A stretch of 64,000 bases of DNA from Candidatus Sericytochromatia bacterium (lineage in GTDB: Bacteria; Cyanobacteriota; Sericytochromatia; UBA7694), in NCBI GenBank assembly GCA_018780035.1, contig JADMKE010000008.1, forward strand, positions 7,778 through 71,777. The letters run 5' to 3'. The notes under the pieces were generated by a model. It did not search any database. It saw nothing but the letters and a program-made list of their open reading frames with translations, and was not told where the DNA came from. The position numbers and the translations under genes are program-made. Shown one piece after another: positions 1 to 9,789 of this stretch; position 1 is the stretch's first letter; every line of letters begins with the position of its first letter.

Positions 1-857
1 AAGGGATTTGAGCGGGCCTGGACCTGAATGGTCACTTCGCGGGCCACCTTGTAGGGGTCTAATTGGGGCTGCTGCAAAAGCGTATTCATGATTTCAGTGG
101 GTTTTTCGGTGCCCTCTTGGTGGGCGCCCACCACGTCTTCAGAGGCAAACATGACCTTGGCGACCCCACGCAAGCTATAAGCGGCTTCAAGATTGGCCAT
201 CAGGCAGGCGTGAAAGTGAATTAAATCCAGTTTTCGGCCCTTGAGCCCCTGCTGAAAAGCCTGGCGCAGGTCTTCGAGTTTGAGCATGCCGGTAGAGGTC
301 TCATAAGCCCCTTCAGGCCCCGGTGTTTCGTCGGTGGCAACCCCCATAAACCCGCCGCCATGACCGAGATAGGTAAACGCTTTAAAGGGACTGTTATAGC
401 TGGAAAAGGTCCAGGCCAAAACACTGGCCAAGGTCGCAGGGCTATTGGTGGTCATTTCTTTGATTTGCGCACTCGGCGGCACGGTGGCAGAAGTCACCTG
501 GGCCGATGTATCGGGTTGAATCAGATGAAAAAAGGTATTATTGGGCCCCCGGGCATCGGTAAAGGCAATTTGGTGGGTCCGGGAAGTGGTGGTGCGTTCG
601 AGTGCATTCAGATAAAAGGGAATATGAAAATCCAAGCCATCGTCAATCGGCAGATAAGACAAGACGGTGGCTGGCCGCGGTGCGCGGTTGCCTGGTAAAG
701 TGGGATTTAAAGGGAGAAAAGCCTGGCTCTTGCTCGCACGCTGAGCTTGAAGCAAAGAGGCTTGTGAAGCCTGATAATTGGGAGACAGGGCGGGTGTACC
801 GCAGGCGGTCAAGGTCAATAAAGCGGAAACAAATAAAGCAGACAAACGGGCTTTCAT
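1..857 (-). CDS. Clostripain-like (C11 family) cysteine peptidase lipoprotein, C-terminus truncated by window edge
   Basis: Reverse-strand translation from ATG at 857..855 gives MKARLSALFVSALLTLTACG (lipobox). The body contains GHGGG and HACLM motifs (His/Cys dyad pattern of caspase-fold C11 peptidases). The frame is continuous to position 1. Confidence 0.55.
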   Translation of the reverse strand, partial: MKARLSALFVSALLTLTACGTPALSPNYQASQASLLQAQRASKSQAFLPLNPTLPGNRAPRPATVLSYLPIDDGLDFHIPFYLNALERTTTSRTHQIAFTDARGPNNTFFHLIQPDTSAQVTSATVPPSAQIKEMTTNSPATLASVLAWTFSSYNSPFKAFTYLGHGGGFMGVATDETPGPEGAYETSTGMLKLEDLRQAFQQGLKGRKLDLIHFHACLMANLEAAYSLRGVAKVMFASEDVVGAHQEGTEKPTEIMNTLLQQPQLDPYKVAREVTIQVQARSNP

Positions 858-996
858 GGGAATTCTCTCTTCTTACGCAATGATTATTGAAAAGTTATAT
901 GAAAATACGCGGCTCAACTTGATAAAATTAGTACCAATTTATTTCAAAATTAAACTCACTTTTATATTTGGCTGCTTTCATTAACAGCTCAAAGAC

Positions 997-1596
997 CTAA
1001 CGAAAACGCACCCAGCGTTCCCCTAACCAGCCTTTGCGGGTTTCGAGCTTCACTTCTCCACCGTCTTTAAAACGCGACCAGAGATTGGCTGTCACCCGGA
1101 TCTCTGGGGCTGGGCTCTGCAAGTCTGAGCAACTGAGATGGAGGGTATAGACAGGGTTGGCTTTGCTCTGCGGATCAAAAGGCGAAGGCCGAACCTGACA
1201 GGTGTATTGCTGAATTTGGTCCCCTTCGCTGAAAAAATTCAGGGGCACGAGCAGAGCACAACACACACCCAACGCCAACAACCCGACCAAAAGCGGACGG
1301 TATTGATGCATAGCCCGCAAAACCAGCAGCGGAGCATGATTCTGGCGGTTGATATCGCCAAAGTGAAAGCGAATCCGCAACAAGACCAACGCCAGCAAGA
1401 GAAGCAGCAGATTTGGGAAAACCAGCAAGGTGGGTGGCTCTAAAAAGCGATTGGCGACCCAAAGGGTGTAGAGCGAAAAAGCGGAACTCAATAACAAAAC
1501 CCAAGCGGCTGCCAATAAAGCCTGAAACCAAGTGGTACTGCGCAGCTCTTCAAACTCTTCGTGGAGTTCAGCGGTGCCTTTAAGAGCCATAGTCAC
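997..1596 (-). CDS. Hypothetical membrane protein (2-3 TM helices, small C-terminal soluble domain)
   Basis: 199-aa ORF with long hydrophobic segments (LLAAAWVLLLSSAF, LLLLLLALVLL). No overlapping stronger ORF. Confidence 0.5.
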   Translation of the reverse strand: MTMALKGTAELHEEFEELRSTTWFQALLAAAWVLLLSSAFSLYTLWVANRFLEPPTLLVFPNLLLLLLALVLLRIRFHFGDINRQNHAPLLVLRAMHQYRPLLVGLLALGVCCALLVPLNFFSEGDQIQQYTCQVRPSPFDPQSKANPVYTLHLSCSDLQSPAPEIRVTANLWSRFKDGGEVKLETRKGWLGERWVRFR

Positions 1597-1656
1597 TCCT
1601 ACTGGTTAGAATACCTTTAGCATAGCCTGAAAGCCCGTGAGCAGCAATTTCTCTTT

Positions 1657-2403
1657 GTGAAGGAGTCCCAACAAATGCCCCCCTTTGATAACCTAAACAG
1701 CGCAATGAAGGCGAATCCCACTGAAGTCAGCAGTTTGGCTTTGGTGAATCAAAACCTCAGCGAATTGCCTGCCGAAATCTGGCAACTCAAACACCTCAAA
1801 TTTCTCAATCTTTCCAACAATCCCCTGCGCCAATTGCCCGCAGAAATCGCCCAATTGCAAGCGCTCGAAACCCTGCAACTCTGGCGCTGCCAATTAAAAA
1901 GCCTGCCCGAGAGTCTGGACCAATTGCCCCAACTCAAAGTGCTGGGTCTGTCTGAAAACTGGTTACAAACGCTGCCAACGCGTTTGGGCCAATGTGCAGC
2001 CTTGCAAAAGTTGGATCTGAGCCACAACAATGGTTTGACCCATTTGCCTGACGATCTCTCAGGCTTGCAGAACTTAGAAGTGCTCAACTTGATGTGCAAT
2101 AGTCTCAGTAGCTTGCCAGAAAGTGTGGGTCAATTGCCCGCCTTAAAACAGCTTTACCTCTATTGGAACAAACTGGAATCGCTGCCCATCAGCATCGGCC
2201 AACTCAAAAATTTAGAGATTTTGCAATTGTGCAAGAACCACTTGCACAATCTGCCAGAGAGCTTACAAGCACTGTCTCTCTTGCGCGATCTGGACTTACA
2301 CGAAAACCCGATACCACTGGCCTTGCGGCCCATCATTGAGAGCTGGTTTACACGCCAGACGCGCATTACCTGGGAGCGAGAATACACCTTTGGCTATTAT
2401 TAA
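1657..2403 (+). CDS. Leucine-rich repeat (LRR) protein
   Basis: Tandem ~23-aa LxxLxLxxNxLxxLP repeats (LKFLNLSNNPLRQLPAEIAQLQALETLQLWRCQLKSLPESL...) over the whole 248 aa. Confidence 0.8.
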   Translation: MKESQQMPPFDNLNSAMKANPTEVSSLALVNQNLSELPAEIWQLKHLKFLNLSNNPLRQLPAEIAQLQALETLQLWRCQLKSLPESLDQLPQLKVLGLSENWLQTLPTRLGQCAALQKLDLSHNNGLTHLPDDLSGLQNLEVLNLMCNSLSSLPESVGQLPALKQLYLYWNKLESLPISIGQLKNLEILQLCKNHLHNLPESLQALSLLRDLDLHENPIPLALRPIIESWFTRQTRITWEREYTFGYY

Positions 2404-2506
2404 AAACCATTCCTGTGTTGGTGATTGAGTTGGAAGCTCAGTGATTTTGCTCCTGTGAGGCATTTTACTGGTAACATGAAAAAATAACCATCTTTGGAGT
2501 TCGTTC

Positions 2507-3445
2507 ATGTTGAATCGTCGCCTGTTTATGGGTTTCTTCTCTGGTCTGCTCAGCACGGCTTTGTTTTTACTGCCCGCATTGACACCGCAATGTTCTCCAA
2601 TGAATCAAGCGGCCTGGGCCCAAGAAAAAGAAGCCGTGGCGGTACTTGAACTCAAAGCCATTGGTAACCTCGCGCCTGAAGAAGCTGAATTGGTGACTTC
2701 ACGGGTGCGCAGCTTGGTCGTGCAAAACCCGCGCTTTCGGGTCTTGGAACGTGAAGGCATGGATCGCATTCTCAAAGAACAGGGCTTTCAGAGCACGCAA
2801 AACTGTGAAAACGAAGCCTGCTCTGTGCAAGTGGGGCGTCTGCTGGCCGTGCGTAAAATTATCACAGGTGGTCTGAGCAAGGTCGGTAGCACCTACACAC
2901 TCAGTTTGCGTATGATTGATGTCGAAAACGGGACTATTTTGTCGGAACGCTTTGTGGACTGTAATTGTTCTCGTGAAGTGCTTTTATTTGAGCAAGTATC
3001 TCCCTTGCTCCAACAATTATTGGGAGAGACTCTCAACGCTCCCCTCAAAAAAACCGAAGGCGTGCCCATTCGCAAACAAAAGCCCTTCCAGATCGGAGCC
3101 GAAGGCGGCTTGTCAGATTATTGGGGCCTGACTCTGGGGTATAATATCAACGAATATTTGGCCCTGCGCTTGGGAGCGACTTATCATCAAGAACAGTACA
3201 ACGCCAATTTCATCACACCCGCAGGAATCGGTGGCGTAGCAGCCTTACGCGCATATTTTAATCCCCATGATCTGGCAGGCTTTGCCGAAGTAGCTGCCAC
3301 CACCGAACTCTGGTTTATTCCACGCTTGGGCATTGAGTACCGCAATGCCTGGGGCTTGAATCTCTGGGCTGCAGGCGGTTGGCGTTATAGATACGTCAAT
3401 GGCGGTTCCTTTGATGCCCTTGCTGGCGTGGGCTACGCGTTTTAA
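2507..3445 (+). CDS. Outer-membrane protein: N-terminal CsgG/LpoB-like periplasmic domain fused to C-terminal beta-barrel
   Basis: Signal peptide present. The segment FRVLEREGMDRILKEQGFQ...CSVQVGRLLAVRKIITGGLSKVGSTYTLSLRMIDVENGTIL matches the CsgG-like fold signature. The C-terminal half is Gly/aromatic-rich and ends in ...GYAF, the terminal Phe typical of OMP beta-barrels. Confidence 0.6.
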   Translation: MLNRRLFMGFFSGLLSTALFLLPALTPQCSPMNQAAWAQEKEAVAVLELKAIGNLAPEEAELVTSRVRSLVVQNPRFRVLEREGMDRILKEQGFQSTQNCENEACSVQVGRLLAVRKIITGGLSKVGSTYTLSLRMIDVENGTILSERFVDCNCSREVLLFEQVSPLLQQLLGETLNAPLKKTEGVPIRKQKPFQIGAEGGLSDYWGLTLGYNINEYLALRLGATYHQEQYNANFITPAGIGGVAALRAYFNPHDLAGFAEVAATTELWFIPRLGIEYRNAWGLNLWAAGGWRYRYVNGGSFDALAGVGYAF

Positions 3446-3478
3446 GATTTTGAGAGATGAAAGAAATAGGTTAAAAAA

Positions 3479-3769
3479 ATGCTTCAGGGACAACCGGGCG
3501 AGCTGTCTGAATTAGAATCCAAGGAACAGAAAAAAACAGGCATTGATCGCGATTTGCCGTTTGTCACCAGATGGGAATTGTTTCTGGCCGATCAAAACCA
3601 CGCCACTATTTACCGCTATTTTGAGCTGCCCAAAGACAAAAACTTCTTAAAAAAGTATATTTTTGCAGAGCAAAACAAAGCCGAAATCATCAACGCCATT
3701 CCCACAGGAAAAACGAGTTGGCGAAGATTTAAAGCAGGATGTTTGGAGATACTCAGCGCGAAGCCTTGA
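3479..3769 (+). CDS. Small hypothetical protein (96 aa)
   Basis: ORF in an AT-rich spacer upstream of aceE. No recognisable motifs. Weak call. Confidence 0.2.
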   Translation: MLQGQPGELSELESKEQKKTGIDRDLPFVTRWELFLADQNHATIYRYFELPKDKNFLKKYIFAEQNKAEIINAIPTGKTSWRRFKAGCLEILSAKP

Positions 3770-3791
3770 AAACTTCGCCTGCGTGTATAAT
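3766..3791 (+). promoter_or_regulatory. Possible sigma70-type promoter of the aceE-aceF-lpdA operon
   Basis: TTGAAA (3766-3771) and TGTATAAT-like extended -10 (3784-3791), but the spacer is short (14 nt). Lies 40 nt upstream of the aceE SD (AGGAAGGA, 3817-3824). Confidence 0.3.
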
Positions 3792-3831
3792 GAGTGGGTA
3801 TAAAAAACCCTGCCCCAGGAAGGACATGGCG

Positions 3832-6504
3832 ATGACCGAAGCACATAACGATGCACACAGCCTGGAAGAAATTGAAACCCGTGAATGGCTCGAATCCCTG
3901 GACTATGTGATTCAGGATGGCGGCCCCGACCGCACCCAACGCCTGTTTGGGCGTTTGCAAAACCGCGCAGCCAAACACGGCGTCTCGCTGCCCTTTTCGA
4001 CCACCACCCCTTATGTCAACACCATCCCCCGGCATTTGCAGCCTCCCTATCCGGGCCGTTACGAAATTGAGCGCCGGATCAAAAGTATTATGCGTTGGAA
4101 CGCCATGGCCATGGTCGTGCGCGCCAACCGCAAGGAAGACGGCATTGGCGGGCATATTTCTTCGTTTGCCTCCAGCGCCACCCTCTACGAAGTGGGTTTT
4201 AACCACTTTTTTAAAGGCAAAAACGGCGAAGACAGCCCCGACCAGATTTACTTTCAGGGCCACGTGGCCCCCGGCATCTACGCCCGCGCCTTTCTCGAAG
4301 GCCGTCTGAGCGAAGCCCAATTGAATCATTTCCGGCGCGAATTGCAACCCGGTGGCGGTTTGTCTTCTTATCCCCACCCCTGGCTGATGCCAGATTTTTG
4401 GGAGTTTCCCACCGTTTCGATGGGCCTGGGCCCGCTGATGGCGATTTACCAAGCCCGCTTTAATAAATACCTCGAAAACCGCGGTTTAAAAAAACAGACC
4501 GGCCGGGTCTGGGCCTTTTTGGGCGATGGCGAGATGGATGAGCCCGAATCGCTGGGCGCCATCAGCCTGGCTGGCCGTGAACAGCTCGACAATCTGGTCT
4601 TTGTGATCAACTGCAATCTGCAGCGCCTCGACGGCCCCGTGCGGGGCAATGGCAAGATCATCCAAGAACTCGAAGGCAGCTTCCGCGGTGCGGGTTGGAA
4701 CGTGATCAAGGTGGTCTGGGGCAGCGATTGGGATGCCCTGCTGGCCAAAGACAAAACGGGTCTGCTCGCCCAGCGCATGAACGAAGTGCTCGACGGCGAA
4801 TACCAGAAGATCAAAGCCAGTGGCTCGGGCGCTTATGTGCGCGAGCATTTCTTTGGCAAATACCCCGAATTGCTGGAATTGGTCAGCGATTATACCGATG
4901 ATCAGATCTGGAATCTGCACCGCGGTGGCCACGACTCGCTTAAGGTCTATGCCGCTTACCACAAGGCCGTCCATACCAGCGGCATGCCCACGGTGATCTT
5001 GGCCAAAACGGTCAAAGGCTACGGCATGGGTGATTCGGGCCAAGGCAAAAACGCCGCTCACCAGCAGAAAAAGCTCAACGACGAAGAGATCAAAACGTTT
5101 CGCACGCGCTTTGGCATTCCCATTTCTGACGAAGATCTGGCAGAAGTGCCGTTTTACAAACCCTCTGAAGACAGCGAAGAAATGCAATACCTGCACGAGC
5201 GCCGCCAAAAACTGGGGGGTTCGGTGCCCCTGCGCCGGGTTCAGATCGAACCCCTGGCTCCGCCGCCAGACAAACTCTTCTCGGAGTTTGAAGCGGGCAC
5301 AGACGGCCGCGAACTCTCAACCACCATGGCTTATGTCCGCATTCTGACGCGCTGCCTCAAGGACAAGAATTTTGGCCCATTAATGGTGCCGATCATTCCC
5401 GACGAAGCGCGTACCTTTGGCATGGAGGGCCTGTTTAACCAATACGGCATTTACTCCCATGTCGGTCAGAAATACGATCCGGTCGACAGCGATTCGCTGA
5501 TGCGCTATCGCGAGGCCCAAAATGGCCAGATCCTCGAAGAGGGCATCACCGAAGCGGGCGCACTCTCCTCGTTTATTGCTGCAGGCACAGCCTATGCCAG
5601 CCATGGTGTGAATACCATTCCCTTTTTCACCTTCTACTCGATGTTTGGTCTGCAGCGGGTCGGCGACCTGGTCTGGGCCGCTGGAGATATGCGCTGCAAA
5701 GGCTTCTTGATGGGGGCCACCGCTGGGCGGACCACCCTGGCGGGTGAAGGTCTACAGCACCAAGATGGCAACAGCCATGTTTTGGCTCTGCCCCAACCCA
5801 ATCTCAAGGCCTATGACCCGGCATTTGCCTACGAAATTGGCGTGCTGCTGCAAGAGGGCATTCGCCGCATGTACGTCGAGCAAAAAGACGAATTTTATTA
5901 CATCACGATTGGCAACGACAGTTATGCCCATCCGGCCATGCCCGAAGGGTCCCGCGAGGGCATTCTCAAAGGCCTGTACCGCTTCCGCAGCTCGCCCCTG
6001 GTACAACCCAAAGCACGGGTACAGCTCTGGGGCAGCGGGGCGCTGATGCCCGGCGTGCTCAAAGCCGCCGAAGAACTCGAGCGCTATGGCGTGGCCGCTG
6101 ACGTCTGGAGTGTGACCTCTTACAAAGAGCTGTACCGCGACGCCTTGGATGTGGAGCGTTGGAACCTATTCCACCCCGAACAGCCGGCCCGTTTGCCCTA
6201 TCTGGCAGAATGCCTCAAAGACAGCGAAGGCCCCGTGATCGCCGTTTCCGACTATTGCAAGGTCTTGGCGCTGTCTTTGGCCAAATGGCTGCCTCAGCCG
6301 CTGGTGGCCCTGGGGACTGACGGCTTTGGCCGCAGCGAAGGCCGCACCGACCTGCGCCGCTTCTTTGAGGTCGACACCGCTCACACGGTTTGGGCAGCCC
6401 TGAGCCAATTGGTTCGGGCAGGCCAATTGGACGCCTCGCTACTGGAAGAGGCGCGTCAGACCTTGAAGATCGACCCCGAAAAACCCAACCCGATGAACGT
6501 TTAA
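3832..6504 (+). CDS. aceE: Pyruvate dehydrogenase E1 component, homodimeric type
   Basis: ORF 3739..6504. N-terminus [39 protein letters not shown] parallels E. coli AceE (…DPIETRDWLQAIESVIREEG…). Thiamine-diphosphate-family motifs occur throughout, size ~890 aa. The ATG at 3832 has an SD AGGAAGGA 7 nt upstream, whereas the ATG at 3826 is only 2 nt from it. Confidence 0.92.
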   Translation: MTEAHNDAHSLEEIETREWLESLDYVIQDGGPDRTQRLFGRLQNRAAKHGVSLPFSTTTPYVNTIPRHLQPPYPGRYEIERRIKSIMRWNAMAMVVRANRKEDGIGGHISSFASSATLYEVGFNHFFKGKNGEDSPDQIYFQGHVAPGIYARAFLEGRLSEAQLNHFRRELQPGGGLSSYPHPWLMPDFWEFPTVSMGLGPLMAIYQARFNKYLENRGLKKQTGRVWAFLGDGEMDEPESLGAISLAGREQLDNLVFVINCNLQRLDGPVRGNGKIIQELEGSFRGAGWNVIKVVWGSDWDALLAKDKTGLLAQRMNEVLDGEYQKIKASGSGAYVREHFFGKYPELLELVSDYTDDQIWNLHRGGHDSLKVYAAYHKAVHTSGMPTVILAKTVKGYGMGDSGQGKNAAHQQKKLNDEEIKTFRTRFGIPISDEDLAEVPFYKPSEDSEEMQYLHERRQKLGGSVPLRRVQIEPLAPPPDKLFSEFEAGTDGRELSTTMAYVRILTRCLKDKNFGPLMVPIIPDEARTFGMEGLFNQYGIYSHVGQKYDPVDSDSLMRYREAQNGQILEEGITEAGALSSFIAAGTAYASHGVNTIPFFTFYSMFGLQRVGDLVWAAGDMRCKGFLMGATAGRTTLAGEGLQHQDGNSHVLALPQPNLKAYDPAFAYEIGVLLQEGIRRMYVEQKDEFYYITIGNDSYAHPAMPEGSREGILKGLYRFRSSPLVQPKARVQLWGSGALMPGVLKAAEELERYGVAADVWSVTSYKELYRDALDVERWNLFHPEQPARLPYLAECLKDSEGPVIAVSDYCKVLALSLAKWLPQPLVALGTDGFGRSEGRTDLRRFFEVDTAHTVWAALSQLVRAGQLDASLLEEARQTLKIDPEKPNPMNV

Positions 6505-6514
6505 GGAGACCGCC

Positions 6515-8194
6515 ATGCAACGTGAAATTAACGTGCCCAAATTGGGCGATAACGTCGGCGCAGGAGAGATCACCCAGGTGCTCGTGGCAGTCGGTGAGAC
6601 CATCAGCGAAAACCAGGCTTTGATTGAAGTCGAATCCGACAAAGCAGCGGTCGAAATTCCCTCCCCCGCTGCAGGCAAAGTGGCTTCTTTGGCGGTTAAA
6701 GTGGGTGACAGTGTGCAAGAGGGCAGTTTGATCCTGGTGCTTGAATCCGCAGCGGAAACTGCTGCCGCCACGCCTGTGGAAAAACCTGTGGAAAAAGCCC
6801 CCGAAGAGAAAAGTGAGCCCGCTGTTGCAGCAACGCCAACTCCCAGCCCCTCGGTAGCAACGGGCCCAGTGGAAATGCGTGTGCCCAAACTCGGCGACAA
6901 TGTCGGAGCAGCAGAGATCACCCAATTGCTGGTGGCTGTGGGCGATGTCTTGAGCAAAGACCAGGCCGTGATGGAACTGGAATCCGACAAAGCTGCGGTC
7001 GAAATCCCTGCTCCCGCAGCGGGCAAGGTGCTCTCGCTGGCAGTCAAAATGGGAGACAAGGTCCAAGAAGGGGATTTGGTGCTGGTTTTGGAAGGTAGCA
7101 CAGATGCCAGCACAGATAGTAGCAAATCTGCTAGCGCCGGTGCTAACAAACCTGCGGCGGCATCACCGGCTGCATTACCTGCTGCATTACCAGTTGCGGC
7201 CCCTCGCTCCCAGAGCGGAGTCGAAGGGAGCGTCGAGACAGGCCCCCGCGATGTCTTGGAGCCCCTGCCCGGCAGCGCCCTGCCCGCAGCGCCCTCGGTG
7301 CGGCTCTTTGCCCGCGAATTGGGGGTCGATCTGCGCAAAGTCACGGGCACAGGCCTGCGTGGCCGCATCTCCAAAGAGGATGTCAAAGCCTGGGTCAAAG
7401 GCACCTTACAAGCCGGTCCGGCCGCGGTTTCAGCAGGCCAAACCATGACCCTGGCCACCCCCGATCTGCCAGATTTTAGCCAGTGGGGCGCAATTCACAG
7501 CGAAAAACTCAGCCCCGTGCGCCGGGCCACCGCCGCCCAAATGCACCGCGCTTGGAGCCAAATCCCGCATGTGACCCAGTTTGACCAGGCGGATATCACA
7601 GAGGTGGAGGTCTTCCGCAAGGCCCGCGCCAAACAGGTCGAAGCCGCAGGCGGCAAACTGACCGTTACCGCCATTCTGCTCAAAATTTGCGCCCTGGGTC
7701 TCAAACGCTTTCCCAAATTTAACGCCAGTCTCGATCTTAAAAACGAGCAGGTGATCTACAAAGACTATATCCATATCGGCGTGGCCGTCGACACCCCCCG
7801 GGGTCTGCTCGTTCCCGTGTTGCGCAATGTCGACAGCAAAGGCGTGACCAGCCTCTCCGTTGAATTGGGTGAGGTGGCCAAAAAGGCCCGCGACCGCAAA
7901 TTGGGCATGGATGACTTGCAAGGCGGCGGTTTCAGCATTTCCAATCTGGGCGGCCTGGGCACCACGTATTTCACCCCGATTGTGAACTGGCCCGAAGTCG
8001 CGATTCTGGGCGTGGGCCGGGCCCAAACCATGCCCGTCTGGCGCGATGGCCAATTTGTGCCCCGCCAGATCATGCCGCTCTCACTCTCGTATGACCACCG
8101 TCTCATTGACGGTGCCGACGCCGCGCGCTTCCTGCGTTTTGTCGCCGAAGCCCTCGAAACCCCGCTGATGCTGCTGATGGAAGGAGATCTGTAA
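6515..8194 (+). CDS. aceF: Dihydrolipoamide acetyltransferase (PDH E2) with two N-terminal lipoyl domains
   Basis: Two ~70-aa repeats ([20 protein letters not shown]...[31 protein letters not shown]) each carry the lipoyl-lysine DKA motif. Ala/Pro linkers and an E3-binding domain ([21 protein letters not shown]) follow. The catalytic domain carries DHR..DGA. Confidence 0.9.
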   Translation: MQREINVPKLGDNVGAGEITQVLVAVGETISENQALIEVESDKAAVEIPSPAAGKVASLAVKVGDSVQEGSLILVLESAAETAAATPVEKPVEKAPEEKSEPAVAATPTPSPSVATGPVEMRVPKLGDNVGAAEITQLLVAVGDVLSKDQAVMELESDKAAVEIPAPAAGKVLSLAVKMGDKVQEGDLVLVLEGSTDASTDSSKSASAGANKPAAASPAALPAALPVAAPRSQSGVEGSVETGPRDVLEPLPGSALPAAPSVRLFARELGVDLRKVTGTGLRGRISKEDVKAWVKGTLQAGPAAVSAGQTMTLATPDLPDFSQWGAIHSEKLSPVRRATAAQMHRAWSQIPHVTQFDQADITEVEVFRKARAKQVEAAGGKLTVTAILLKICALGLKRFPKFNASLDLKNEQVIYKDYIHIGVAVDTPRGLLVPVLRNVDSKGVTSLSVELGEVAKKARDRKLGMDDLQGGGFSISNLGGLGTTYFTPIVNWPEVAILGVGRAQTMPVWRDGQFVPRQIMPLSLSYDHRLIDGADAARFLRFVAEALETPLMLLMEGDL

Positions 8195-8196
8195 AC

Positions 8197-9618
8197 ATGA
8201 GTCAAGAATCGTATCAAGTGATTGTACTGGGCGGTGGCCCCGGTGGCTATGCCGCCGCATTTCTGGCCGCTGATCTGGGCCTCAAAGTCGCCCTGGTCGA
8301 AAAACGGGTCAATCCCGGTGGGGTCTGTCTCTACGAAGGCTGCATTCCCTCCAAGGCTTTTTTGCACGCCGCGGAGCTGATCAACGAAAGCCAACACGCC
8401 GCTGAGTGGGGGATTGAATTTGCCCCACCCAAAATCGACATCGACAAGCTGCGGGCCTGGAAAGACACCAAAGTCGTCAAAGGCCTGACCGGCGGTCTGG
8501 GTCAATTGGCCAAAGCCCGCAAGGTCAAATTTATCCAGGGCACGGGCACGATCCAAGATGCCCACCACCTGCAGGTCGAAACCGCAGAAGGGCCACAAAC
8601 CCTGCACTTTGAACATCTGGTTGTGGCCACGGGTTCAAGCCCCATTGTCTTGCCCTTTTTGCCCAAGTCCCCACGGGTGATGGACTCCACCGCTGCTCTG
8701 GAATTGCCAGATGTCCCCGCACGTCTGTTGGTGCTGGGTGGCGGGTATATTGGTCTGGAAATGGCCACCGTTTACGCCGCATTGGGCTCCAAGGTCACCG
8801 TGGTTGAAATGCTCGACTCGCTCTTGGCGGGGGCCGACGCCGATCTGGTCAAACCCCTGCAAAAGCGCATCGAGAAAAAACTTGAAGCGATTCTGCTCAA
8901 AACCAAAGTCACAGGCGCCAAAGAACAGGGTGAAGAGCTGCTGGTCAGCTTTGAAGGCCCCGATGGCAAAGCCTTTGAACAGACCTTCGACCGGGTGCTG
9001 GTCTCAGTCGGTCGCCGCCCCAATGGGCGTGGCATTGGCCTCGAAAACACAAAAATTGAACTCGACAAACAGGGCTTTATTCCCGTCAATTTACAGCGGC
9101 AGACGGTGGAGCCTTCGATCTACGCGATTGGCGACGTGGCCGGACAGCCGATGCTGGCCCACAAGGCCTCCCACGAAGGCCGCGTGGCCGTCGAAGCCAT
9201 AGCCGGACACAAAGTGGCCTTTGAACCTTACGCCATCCCGGCCGTGGTCTTTACCGACCCCGAGGTCGCCTGGTGTGGTTTAACCGAGCGCGAAGCCCAG
9301 GCCCAAGGCCGCAAAGTCGAAGTTGTCAAATACCCCTGGGCCGCTTCGGGCCGGGCTTTGACCCTCGATCGCACCGAAGGCCTGACCAAGCTGATTGTCG
9401 ACCCCGAAACCGAGCGCATTCTTGGCGTGGGCATTGTTGGCAAAGGGGCAGGAGAACTGATCGCAGAAGCCACCCTGGCCGTCGAAATGGCCGCCCTGGT
9501 CACCGACGTTAAACTGACCATTCACGCCCATCCGACCCTCTCAGAGACCTTTATGGAAGCTGCTGAGATGTACTTTGGGCAGAGTACCCACGTCTACAAA
9601 CCCAAGCGGAACAAATAG
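8197..9618 (+). CDS. lpdA: Dihydrolipoyl dehydrogenase (E3)
   Basis: FAD-binding GGGPGGY, redox-active disulfide GGVCLYEGCIPSK, NAD-binding GGGYIGLE and C-terminal HAHPTLSE dimerisation motif. Starts 3 nt after the aceF stop. Confidence 0.92.
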   Translation: MSQESYQVIVLGGGPGGYAAAFLAADLGLKVALVEKRVNPGGVCLYEGCIPSKAFLHAAELINESQHAAEWGIEFAPPKIDIDKLRAWKDTKVVKGLTGGLGQLAKARKVKFIQGTGTIQDAHHLQVETAEGPQTLHFEHLVVATGSSPIVLPFLPKSPRVMDSTAALELPDVPARLLVLGGGYIGLEMATVYAALGSKVTVVEMLDSLLAGADADLVKPLQKRIEKKLEAILLKTKVTGAKEQGEELLVSFEGPDGKAFEQTFDRVLVSVGRRPNGRGIGLENTKIELDKQGFIPVNLQRQTVEPSIYAIGDVAGQPMLAHKASHEGRVAVEAIAGHKVAFEPYAIPAVVFTDPEVAWCGLTEREAQAQGRKVEVVKYPWAASGRALTLDRTEGLTKLIVDPETERILGVGIVGKGAGELIAEATLAVEMAALVTDVKLTIHAHPTLSETFMEAAEMYFGQSTHVYKPKRNK

Positions 9619-9638
9619 GGTTACCAACACTTTTTACA

Positions 9639-9667
9639 GAGCAGGGCTTACGGGCCTTGCTCTTTTT
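9639..9667 (+). terminator. Rho-independent terminator after lpdA
   Basis: 9-bp stem GAGCAGGGC / GCCTTGCTC (one G-U) with 6-nt loop, followed by TTTTT (9663-9667), 20 nt after the lpdA stop. Confidence 0.6.
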
Positions 9668-9701
9668 GCTGGCATATTTTTTGTTTGTTTCAAAAATATA
9701 T

Positions 9702-9779
9702 GCCAACAAATTCATTGACAATAGATTTGTTGGCAATCATAATAAAGACAGAAAATTTGTTGACAACAAATTTGTTGGC
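9702..9779 (+). promoter_or_regulatory. Operator-like array of inverted ATTTGTTG(GC) half-sites overlapping the promoter and TSS
   Basis: GCCAACAAAT (9702-9711) and ATTTGTTGGC (9725-9734) form a 10-bp inverted repeat bracketing the -35. TTGTTGaCAACAA (9757-9769) and the perfect 14-bp palindrome CAACAAATTTGTTG (9764-9777) sit just downstream of the TSS. The motif ATTTGTTGGC recurs at 9770-9779. Confidence 0.4.
9715..9743 (+). promoter_or_regulatory. Sigma70-type promoter of the island operon
   Basis: -35 TTGACA (9715-9720), 17-nt spacer, -10 CATAAT (9738-9743). Predicted TSS ~9750, 40 nt upstream of the RelA/SpoT-like gene start. Confidence 0.45.
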
Positions 9780-9789
9780 CAAAGAGGTG

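Noticed and set aside
360-984. Plus-strand ORFs 360..698, 602..883 and 778..984
   Set aside because: They lie antisense or out of frame over the well-supported minus-strand C11 peptidase lipoprotein gene (ATG at 857 with lipobox). Their Gly/Arg-rich composition is a typical GC-rich antisense artefact.
3616-4452. 278-aa minus-strand ORF inside aceE
   Set aside because: Antisense to the strongly supported E1 gene. Ala/Gly/Val/Arg-rich artefact with no motifs.
6215-7458. 283-aa and 339-aa minus-strand ORFs over aceF
   Set aside because: Antisense to the Ala/Pro linker-rich E2 gene, whose low-complexity GC-rich DNA gives long spurious reverse frames. The translations are low-complexity (S/T/A/G runs).
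9685-9789. Upstream extension of the RelA/SpoT-like ORF (MFQKYMPTNSLTIDLL…)
   Set aside because: This stretch is the promoter/operator DNA, and its translation mirrors the palindromes. A good SD (AGAGGTGA) precedes the in-frame ATG at 9790.
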